The translations under genes and the position numbers were made by a program. This document shows positions 8,957 to 16,366 of a DNA stretch of 64,000 nucleotides, piece after piece (within the stretch, counting starts at the first letter, position 1; the number at the start of each line of letters is the position of its first letter). The notes beneath the pieces are model-generated. The model was not told the origin of the DNA, searched no databases, and saw only the letters and a program-made list of their open reading frames with translations. Origin of the DNA: an uncultured Bacteroides sp. (GTDB taxonomy: Bacteria; Bacillota; Clostridia; Christensenellales; CAG-917); the NCBI GenBank assembly GCA_964499325.1, contig CAZCKS010000002.1:59-64058 (forward strand), read 5' to 3'.

Positions 8957-8985
8957 ACTATAAGCCCAACCGTGCGTTTTGTCAA
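8957..8985 (-). promoter_or_regulatory. sigma-70-type promoter of the aro leader
   Basis: On the minus strand: TTGACA (8980-8985), a 17-nt spacer, then TATAGT (8957-8962). Confidence 0.6.
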
Positions 8986-9118
8986 CTTTTATTTTTTGCA
9001 CACAGTTGGGCATACACCCTGCTCATTGTCGTTCCGAGCGGATCCGGGAAATAGAGCCATAGATGCACACTATTCAATAATTTGTCTAAAATTCATATCA
9101 AATAATCTTTTTGCTTAA

Positions 9119-10141
9119 TTATACGTCAATATTGCAATTTGAAAACATCAACAACATGTCGATTCCTTTGCTTTGCGACTCAACATGCATTTCTCCGTAT
9201 TGACACACGGGAAGTTCTCTGTTATCCGAAAATCTTTTGTCGGGACCGCCCGATGCGTTGACATACTTCCATGTGTGTGCAACGATTTGCGCATCGGAAG
9301 GCACTTTTTCATCTTCAACAAACTTTGTCGTAGTAAAATATGTTTGAACGTCGGAATAATCTACCGCACCGACTCTCAATTTCTTTATAACAAAAAGTTT
9401 GTCAGGCAAAAAGATGTATTTTGCGTTACCGCACTTAAACCATACGGCATCTTGATCGCTTTTGAACGGGAACGGCAATTTTACATTTGATTTTGCGCCT
9501 TTCCTCGACACCAAATTTTTCGCACCAGCAGTGTATTTTGTGTCTGACACACGCTTTGATTTGTCTATATACCAAATTTGTTGGCTATTTGCAATCTGTT
9601 TCAATGGCGCCATGTGTTTGTCAATTTCGGCAGACAATTCTTCATCAACATCATAATTCAATTTGATATAACAGCATGTTCTGACAACAATTTTTAGAAT
9701 GACGCCAACGCCTGCGATAATAAAAAGCCACTTGTTATAGACAAGTCCCGTAAATATGCCTGCAACAATAATTAGCAGCGCAATAAAATTTAATACTAAC
9801 ACAAAACTTGCAGATTTTGTCAACGACTCCAACCCCGACGACACCATGTTTTTAACATCTCCGCTTTCATAAGCCTTAACATCTACAACATTGACATCGC
9901 CGTTGTTCGTGACGACATTTTGTTCTGTATCAGGCGATAACTTATGCTTTTTGCCGTGTTTTGAGTCTTTCACATACGAGATGCCGGTACCGGGAATAGA
10001 TACCGTTCGACGAGTTCCGCCGCTCGATTTCTTTGAAATGCGATACCCCTTTGTGCCCCAACTGTAACCAATGCCGGATTTGCTCAAATTAATATTGAAT
10101 CCGTCACCGAGTCTAATGCTCTTTCTAAAACGCAACCCCAT
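9119..10141 (-). CDS. DUF4236-type membrane protein (hypothetical)
   Basis: The ATG at 10141 has a GGAGG SD. The N-terminus MGLRFRKSIRLGDGFNINLSKSGIGYSWGTKGYRIS is characteristic of DUF4236. Two hydrophobic helices sit mid-protein. The ORF-track extension to 10300 lacks support. Confidence 0.6.
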   Translation of the reverse strand: MGLRFRKSIRLGDGFNINLSKSGIGYSWGTKGYRISKKSSGGTRRTVSIPGTGISYVKDSKHGKKHKLSPDTEQNVVTNNGDVNVVDVKAYESGDVKNMVSSGLESLTKSASFVLVLNFIALLIIVAGIFTGLVYNKWLFIIAGVGVILKIVVRTCCYIKLNYDVDEELSAEIDKHMAPLKQIANSQQIWYIDKSKRVSDTKYTAGAKNLVSRKGAKSNVKLPFPFKSDQDAVWFKCGNAKYIFLPDKLFVIKKLRVGAVDYSDVQTYFTTTKFVEDEKVPSDAQIVAHTWKYVNASGGPDKRFSDNRELPVCQYGEMHVESQSKGIDMLLMFSNCNIDV

Positions 10142-10544
10142 AAATAGCCTCCACAAATAAAAAATGCGCCGGTCGAAGCCAGCGCACCAAAACGCAAACT
10201 CCAACTGTCGCCAAACAATTCTTACGTAGTACGGATAACTGCACCACCATAAGCGGAGTTTGCAATTTTGCAAAAACCTGTGGTGTATGCAGAAAAACAC
10301 TTGCTAAAAGCAAATAAAAAGTCCGTACTCGTTGCTGTGGACATAAGAATTGTTTGGCATTCATAGTGTAACACACTTAATCAGAGAAATCAACGCCAAA
10401 ATTATTAAAGAAATACTAATTGTAAATTTCGACATTAAGCGCATTGTTAACAATAGGCTATTACGCTCGTCGAATTTTTCGACCGTGCTAAAAATGACGT
10501 TTTCACAATTATGCATAAGCAAAATGCAATGGGTTTTTCACAAC

Positions 10545-10578
10545 AAAAAAGCCGCGAATAATTTCCGCGGGCTTTTTG
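10545..10578. terminator. bidirectional-looking intrinsic terminator downstream of the hydrogenase gene
   Basis: The GC-rich hairpin GCCGCG...CGCGGGC (10551-10572) is flanked by an A-run and a T-run. It lies about 70 nt after the stop at 10650. Confidence 0.6.
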
Positions 10579-10649
10579 TTGATAATCACAAATATAATGT
10601 TTATTGCTATGTTTTGATGTTATAAACTGCGTTTTGTGCAATTATACAA

Positions 10650-12083
10650 TTATTTCTTGACGGGAGGCAAGACACAGATCGCATCCATAATGTTCTTTTC
10701 AAGAGCCTCTCTGCCGTACTTGTCAACCTCGGCTTTGTTCTTTTCGCCGTGTGTGAGACAGCCTGCTCCGCCTATGCAACCGCCGTTGCATGCCATACCC
10801 TCGATGAAGTTTGCGTCAAGCACGTTCTTGGACTTTTTGAGCAAGGCAAGTTTGCACTCCTCTATGCCGTCGCAAGCGCATGCTTTGAGTTCAAAATCAA
10901 GATTTTGCTCTTTGAGAGATTGTTTGAGAGAATCGCTGAGTCCACCGCTACGAGCAAATATTCTTCCGAAATATGACGCATTATCAAGCACGTCCTCTTC
11001 AAGAGATGTGATTTCAAAGTCCTTGCTGTCAAAGAGTGCTTGCAACTCCTCAAACGTCAACACGCTGTCAACATACGGGCGCACTTTCTCGTCTTGGAAT
11101 TCCATCTTCTTTGCCGTGCAAGGTCCTATAAACACAACCTTTGCTCCGGGAGTGGTATCCTTGATGTATTTTGCAAGCGTACCCATCGGAGAGAGATTGT
11201 GTGAGATATGCTTTTCAAGCGCAGGGAAATTCTTTTTGACATACGCCACAAAAGCAGGACAGCAAGAACTTGTCAAAAAACCTTTTTCGGCGAGTTCTCT
11301 TCCCTCTTCCAAAAGCACCATATCTGCGCCGAGCGCCGCCTCAATTACCGTGAAAAAGCCAAGTTTCTTAAGTCCTGTGATGACTTGCCCGAGTTTGGCA
11401 TAAGTGAATTGGCTGGAAATGGAAGGCGCAACAATCGCATACATCTTGTAGTTGGTGTTGTTCTCGCTCTTCTTAATCATATCGATGACGTCAAGGATAT
11501 ACGACTTGTCGGAAATAGCACCCCACGGACATTGATACACGCACGCACCGCACGCAATGCACTTGTCATTGTCGATAACTGCAGCGTGATCGTCGCCCAT
11601 AGTGATTGCCTTGACTTTGCAAGCATTTTCGCAAGGACGTTTTTGATTGTGAATTGCGCTGTACGGGCACACCTTTGCGCACGCACCACACTCTCTGCAC
11701 TTGGATTTGTCAATGTGCGCCACATGATTGTGGTCAAACGTGATTGCGCCGAATTTGCACACGTCCTCACAACGGTGAGCAAGACAGCCTCTGCATGCGC
11801 CTGACACTTCGTAACCGCCCATAGGGCACTCATCGCAAGCGATGTCTATAACCTCGATTACGTTGGGATTGGACTTATCTCCGCCCATAGCGAGTTTGAC
11901 TCTGTCAAGCAAAATCGCTCTTTCCTTGTATACGCAACAACGCATTGTCGGCTCCTTACCGGGAACAATGCGCTTGGGAATGTCAATAAGATTCTCCTCA
12001 AGAGTGCCTGCCCACGCTTCGCGCGCGACCTCTCTTAAAACCTTATATTTAAGATGTTGAACTTTGGTATCGAATATTCTCAT
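10650..12083 (-). CDS. monomeric [FeFe]-hydrogenase homologue (group B-like)
   Basis: There are two 4Fe-4S ferredoxin motifs (CRECGACAKVCP, CIACGACVYQCP). H-cluster-type motifs are TSSCCPAF, GPCTAKKME and EGMACNGGCIGGAGC. Confidence 0.85.
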   Translation of the reverse strand: MRIFDTKVQHLKYKVLREVAREAWAGTLEENLIDIPKRIVPGKEPTMRCCVYKERAILLDRVKLAMGGDKSNPNVIEVIDIACDECPMGGYEVSGACRGCLAHRCEDVCKFGAITFDHNHVAHIDKSKCRECGACAKVCPYSAIHNQKRPCENACKVKAITMGDDHAAVIDNDKCIACGACVYQCPWGAISDKSYILDVIDMIKKSENNTNYKMYAIVAPSISSQFTYAKLGQVITGLKKLGFFTVIEAALGADMVLLEEGRELAEKGFLTSSCCPAFVAYVKKNFPALEKHISHNLSPMGTLAKYIKDTTPGAKVVFIGPCTAKKMEFQDEKVRPYVDSVLTFEELQALFDSKDFEITSLEEDVLDNASYFGRIFARSGGLSDSLKQSLKEQNLDFELKACACDGIEECKLALLKKSKNVLDANFIEGMACNGGCIGGAGCLTHGEKNKAEVDKYGREALEKNIMDAICVLPPVKK

Positions 12084-12238
12084 ATCTTCACTCGTGTTTC
12101 TTGTATGTCTTTAATCCGTACTTGACGAATTATATATCATTTTTGCAACAATGCAATCTATTTTTCGCACGTTTTTGTCAAAATTTATCAAATAATGTCG
12201 ATAGTATGACATTATTTTTAAAATCGACAGTATGTTTA

Positions 12239-13411
12239 TCAGAAATAACTTACCTTGACGCGCTTGCCCATCTTGTCGAGGCACTCGGACAACTCTTTGA
12301 CAAGATTCATTTTTATACTGAAGTTGATTGGCAAATCGGGATTTTGGTGCGCAGGATTTATTGCTCTGCCAACGAAGAAGTTGATGTCCGTTGCCTCTTC
12401 AAAGAGCAATCTGCATATAAGCGACGCGCCGTCGCGCTTGAATCCCCAGTGCTCGTACGTCTCGTTGCCTGCAAGATAGTCTTTTGCAAATGTCAACACT
12501 TTATTCATCGTGATGACGCCTTCCGTGACAAGGTCCACGCCCTCGATTTCGGAAATCGGCGGAACGTCCGCACTCTCAAAGTTGAGCGAAGTGCGCAACT
12601 GCTTGCCGAGATATTTTGCTACAATGGACGATGTTGTACCTCCGCACACAATGTGCTTGCCCTCTTTTGAGAAGAACAGCGACATCATTCTGTCCACATC
12701 GTCGCGATTGGACGGAGGCCCGAAAATAATGTTCATCGGTTCACGCTTGCGTATGCGCACAACGCACGCTGTGGTATCGTCCCCGGGTTTTCCGCCATAC
12801 AACTTATTGCATTCGTCAACCAAAATGGTGGACAGCGTCTTTGCGGTGTAGCCCACAAGAGCAATGCTCTCCATAAAGGATATAATATCCTCTCTGCGCC
12901 AGCCGAAATTGTATGACATGCCAAGCCCCGCATGCGGACATCCGTCACTCATGAGCACGAAAATATCGTTTTCACAAAGAGGCACGACAGATTTATATAT
13001 CTTTTTTCCGCCTATAATCATCTCCGTCTTGGGATAATCATAGTTCTGTCCGTCACGCAAAAGAATGACTTGCGGATTGTCGTATTGTATAATCTCCGCC
13101 TCGCGATTGTTGACGATATGCAAAATGGTAAAAGTGGAATACGCCACGCCTCTCACCGAGCAAACAGGCAACGTTGCAGCGATTGTCTCAACGCAATCTT
13201 CAAGCATCAAGCCCTCTGCCATCATTGTGGAAATGATTTTGCTTGTAAGCGTGGAGAGTATGCTTGCCTTCACACCGCTTCCCAATCCGTCGGCAAGCAC
13301 GATAACCGTTGAGTTGTCGTCTTGATTGACGACGTCGACGTGGTCACCGCACAGTTGCTCTCCAACGTGATTTATACTTTTGTAGCCGATGTCGGCGCAC
13401 AAATCATTCAT
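12239..13411 (-). CDS. SpoIIE/PP2C-family serine phosphatase with extra C-terminal domain
   Basis: The translation contains GEQLCGDHVDV...VIVLADGLGSGVKASILS and MSDGCPHAG. Its start overlaps the hydS stop by 8 nt. Confidence 0.85.
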   Translation of the reverse strand: MNDLCADIGYKSINHVGEQLCGDHVDVVNQDDNSTVIVLADGLGSGVKASILSTLTSKIISTMMAEGLMLEDCVETIAATLPVCSVRGVAYSTFTILHIVNNREAEIIQYDNPQVILLRDGQNYDYPKTEMIIGGKKIYKSVVPLCENDIFVLMSDGCPHAGLGMSYNFGWRREDIISFMESIALVGYTAKTLSTILVDECNKLYGGKPGDDTTACVVRIRKREPMNIIFGPPSNRDDVDRMMSLFFSKEGKHIVCGGTTSSIVAKYLGKQLRTSLNFESADVPPISEIEGVDLVTEGVITMNKVLTFAKDYLAGNETYEHWGFKRDGASLICRLLFEEATDINFFVGRAINPAHQNPDLPINFSIKMNLVKELSECLDKMGKRVKVSYF

Positions 13412-15077
13412 CTTTTATAGACTCCTTGAGTTTGGTAAGAGCAATCTTCGTTTCCGCCGCCGTTTCGCCGAGCAACGATGCAATCTCTTGAACGATGCGC
13501 ATTTGCTTGTCAACGACCTTGTCTGCCGTCTCTATCGTTTGTTGGCTGATAGACTCTTTTCTTTCACGTTGTTTTTCCTCATCTGTTATATCACGCATAA
13601 TGCCGATATAGAGATGATTGTCGGTGTCGTAAACGACGGTAAGTTCCACATATCTGCCGTATTCCGCAAGATAAACCCTGCGATTGTGTGCGTTAAACTT
13701 GCGTTTCTGCACTTCGAGGAAAACTTTGGGGTCCATAATACGCACCACTTGTTCGCCCAGAACGTCAGAGGCGGAGCGTATGTTCATAATCTTTCTTGCC
13801 GCGCTGTTTATCTGTTGCACCTCAAACGCATCGTTGAGAACGATGATGCCGTTGGGGGTGTTATTGACTATTCTATCCGAGAAACCTTCCGCCTTATCTT
13901 TGAGGTAAGGCAAGCACATGGACACCTCTGCCTTGCCTTGGAAAATGGCGATTGCTTTCTCTCTGCAAGTGTTGTATCCGCAACTTCCGCAGTTGAGTTC
14001 GTCTCTCTTGCTCGTCTTGCCCATTTGGCGCAAGATTGTGGCAATCTGTTCCTCGGTGGGAACCTCGCTCTTGCTCTCGATGGATGAGAAAAATTTTCTC
14101 AAATCTTCCTCGTTGGGTTGCTCGACAACAAAGTCTTTACTGCCTGCATAATTGGCAACAGCAAGGTATTCTCTTATAGGCGTGGGGTGATATTTTTCCA
14201 TAATAGGTCCGCCAACGCAACTGCCAACGCAAGAGGACATCTCGATAAAGGCGTTGTGTATGTTACCTTGCTCTATGTCTTTGAGTGCGGAAATGCAGTT
14301 TTCCACGCCGTCGATGGCAATATATTGATAGCCGGGAGCGTCGAGTTTCATTGTCTTGAGCACTCCGCCCGTTGTCGGGAAGAATCTCGCCCTGCTCTCC
14401 TCTTGGCTGTCCATCTCTTGCTTGAGCGTTATTCCCTCGTCACGAAGCCATTCGGTAAGTTCCTCATAAGTAAGAACTGCGTCCACCATTCCCTCATAGT
14501 GTTGCGCCTCGTCTTTCTTTGCAACGCAGGGACCGATAAAGACAGTCTTTGCATCGGGATGTCTCTTCTTAATATCAACGCAATGCGCCTGCATAGGCGA
14601 CAACACGTCTGCAAGATAAGGCAATAAATGAGGAAAATATTTTTGGATGAGCAAGTTGACGGAGTGACAACAAGAAGATATGACAATATCTCTCTTCTCG
14701 TTTCTCAAAAGTCTTTCATACTCGTTCTTTACCATCGTTGCGCCGATTGCCGTCTCTTCAACGTCGGCAAAACCGAGTTTTTTGAGAGCCTCGCGCATCG
14801 CATTGATACCCACGCCCTCATAGTTTGCCACAAAGGACGGAGCAAGAGACACATATACGGGATCACCTGAATGCAAGAGAACTTTGACCTTCTCTCTCTC
14901 GCTTGAAATCTCTTTTGCGTTTTGCGGACAAACAACAAAGCAATGACCGCATAAAATGCACTCATTGCCTATGATGTGCGCCTGATTGCCCGAAAAGCGT
15001 ATTGCTTTGACCGGGCAATGTCTGATGCACTTGTAACAGTTTTTACAATTTGATTTTTTGAGCGTAAGACAATCCAT
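13404..15077 (-). CDS. hydS: sensory-type [FeFe]-hydrogenase homologue with C-terminal PAS domain (HydS/HfsB-like)
   Basis: Two ferredoxin motifs are CYKCIRHCP and CILCGHCFVVCP. H-domain motifs are SSCCHSV, GPCVAKKDE and EMSSCVGSCVGGP. An extra four-Cys motif is CGSCGYNTC...MC. A PAS-like region (NTPNGIIVLNDAFEVQQINSAARKIM) follows. Confidence 0.85.
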   Translation of the reverse strand: MDCLTLKKSNCKNCYKCIRHCPVKAIRFSGNQAHIIGNECILCGHCFVVCPQNAKEISSEREKVKVLLHSGDPVYVSLAPSFVANYEGVGINAMREALKKLGFADVEETAIGATMVKNEYERLLRNEKRDIVISSCCHSVNLLIQKYFPHLLPYLADVLSPMQAHCVDIKKRHPDAKTVFIGPCVAKKDEAQHYEGMVDAVLTYEELTEWLRDEGITLKQEMDSQEESRARFFPTTGGVLKTMKLDAPGYQYIAIDGVENCISALKDIEQGNIHNAFIEMSSCVGSCVGGPIMEKYHPTPIREYLAVANYAGSKDFVVEQPNEEDLRKFFSSIESKSEVPTEEQIATILRQMGKTSKRDELNCGSCGYNTCREKAIAIFQGKAEVSMCLPYLKDKAEGFSDRIVNNTPNGIIVLNDAFEVQQINSAARKIMNIRSASDVLGEQVVRIMDPKVFLEVQKRKFNAHNRRVYLAEYGRYVELTVVYDTDNHLYIGIMRDITDEEKQRERKESISQQTIETADKVVDKQMRIVQEIASLLGETAAETKIALTKLKESIKDE

Positions 15078-15078
15078 A

Positions 15079-15342
15079 TCAACTCCTGTCCGCCTCTATG
15101 CGAGGAAGCACTTTTTCTTTGAAAAATTCTTGGAAATTTTCTCTTGTGATACCTATGCAGACGTCGTCGTCGACAGCCACCGTCACACCCACGCGATTGC
15201 ACTTTCCAAAACAGAAACTGCCCGTAAGCACTACGTCATTTTCGAGATGACGCTCTTCAATCTCTTTTCTCAACAAATCGACTATGTCCTGCGAGCCTTT
15301 AAGGTGACAGGAACTGCCGACGCAAATCTGTATAACTATCAT
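15079..15342 (-). CDS. thioredoxin-like [2Fe-2S] ferredoxin domain protein
   Basis: The Cys pattern is CVGSSCH ... FCFGKC, as in NuoE/HydC-like proteins. It is 87 aa and tightly packed between neighbours. Confidence 0.8.
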   Translation of the reverse strand: MIVIQICVGSSCHLKGSQDIVDLLRKEIEERHLENDVVLTGSFCFGKCNRVGVTVAVDDDVCIGITRENFQEFFKEKVLPRIEADRS

Positions 15343-15347
15343 ATCTT

Positions 15348-15587
15348 TTATGCCTTTGCAAGTATTTCCTTTTCAAAGAATTCTTTGGTTGTATCGGGTG
15401 TGAGGGAGAAAAATGCGTCGTCCACCGTCACGCATACGCCTTGTTGGCATTTGCCCATACAAAACGTTCCGCCGAGTTCGACTTTCTCTTTGAGGTCGTG
15501 TTGAGCGATGAGATATTGCAACTGCTCTACGACTTGTCTTGATCCCTTGATGTGGCATGAACTGCCGATACACACTGTAACTTTCAT
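15348..15587 (-). CDS. thioredoxin-like [2Fe-2S] ferredoxin domain protein
   Basis: The ATG at 15587 (MKVTVCIGSSCHIKGS...FCMGKC) has an AGAGGGA SD. The ORF-track extension to 15662 overlaps the kinase gene. Confidence 0.8.
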   Translation of the reverse strand: MKVTVCIGSSCHIKGSRQVVEQLQYLIAQHDLKEKVELGGTFCMGKCQQGVCVTVDDAFFSLTPDTTKEFFEKEILAKA

Positions 15588-15606
15588 AGTTTTTCCCTCT
15601 CTTATA

Positions 15607-16356
15607 TTATTGGAATTCGGCAACGTCAACCCAAGACAAGAGGAATTCTCTCTCTTTCTCATGACCTTTTACCGATTGTGAAGCCGCAACGATAGGCATC
15701 CATTTTTGCACGTATCTCTTGTCAGTGTTGCTCTTCTTGCAGAACAATTCGAGATATTTCTCCGCTCCGTCGATGTCGCCATCAAGCCAGAAAAGCATGT
15801 ATGTTCTTGCAACGTCTGCCGACGCGTTGCCTTGCGTTGCATGCGCCCAGTCAAGATAGTACGCTTCGCCCTCGTCCGTGATAATGATGTTGGACGGGTT
15901 GAAATCGCCGTGGCACAACTTGTTGTGTTTGGGCATACCCTCAAGACGTGTGTGCAACTCGTATTTTATGCTTTCGTCAAGATTGGTCAAATTAATCTTT
16001 CTGTTCATCTTGTCGCGAAGTTTTGTAAGAAGCGGGCATGTTTTGGATTGTGCCTCGATTTGGAGGTCCACAAACAACTCAAGATATTCGTCCTTCTTTT
16101 CGGGGTTTTCCTTCATAAGTCTTTCAAGCGTCTTGCCCGCGATATACTCGGACACGATAGCCCACTTGCCGTTTATTTTGGTAACCTCGATGATTTTTGG
16201 GATTTTAAGCCCTGTCTCTTCAACGCGTGCTTGATTGAGAGCCTCGTTGAGGACGTCTACCTTTGAGAAGTCCTCGTCAAAAACCTTAACGCACAAGTCG
16301 CCGTCGCGATAAATGGTCTTATTGGTTCTTACAGCAATAATTCTGTCGAGATTCAT
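15607..16356 (-). CDS. aminoglycoside/choline-kinase-fold phosphotransferase (APH family)
   Basis: The Brenner-type catalytic motif is CHGDFNPSNIII, followed by YYLDWAHA. The AAGGAGG SD overlaps the adhE stop codon. Confidence 0.8.
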   Translation of the reverse strand: MNLDRIIAVRTNKTIYRDGDLCVKVFDEDFSKVDVLNEALNQARVEETGLKIPKIIEVTKINGKWAIVSEYIAGKTLERLMKENPEKKDEYLELFVDLQIEAQSKTCPLLTKLRDKMNRKINLTNLDESIKYELHTRLEGMPKHNKLCHGDFNPSNIIITDEGEAYYLDWAHATQGNASADVARTYMLFWLDGDIDGAEKYLELFCKKSNTDKRYVQKWMPIVAASQSVKGHEKEREFLLSWVDVAEFQ

Positions 16357-16366
16357 AATTGCCTCC

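Noticed and set aside
8674-9118. A T-box riboswitch might lie upstream of the aromatic operon, and similarly upstream of metG at 31634-31719.
   Set aside because: I looked for the conserved T-box sequence (…GGUGGUACCGCG-like) and AGAGA/GNUGGNA elements on the minus strand and found none. The metG upstream spacer (86 nt) is too short. The leader-peptide model explains the terminator better.
10142-10300. The ORF track gives N-terminal extensions for several genes: 10142-10300, 8674-8751, 7574-7624, 15588-15662, 28015-28116, 31634-31672, 25377-25469, 62350-62391, 5338-5343, 33230-33244 and 559-618.
   Set aside because: The extended starts are TTG/GTG or lack an SD, overlap upstream genes or promoters, and add non-homologous residues. 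In each case an internal ATG with a good SD matches the conserved family N-terminus.
12175-12191. A Rex-box-like sequence TTGATAAATTTTGACAA (minus strand) lies upstream of the hydrogenase gene.
   Set aside because: The half-sites resemble TTGTnAA/TTnACAA, but the spacer is 3 nt rather than the 4 nt (or 6 nt) of known Rex operators. The left half also has a mismatch, no rex gene is in the window, and the background is AT-rich.
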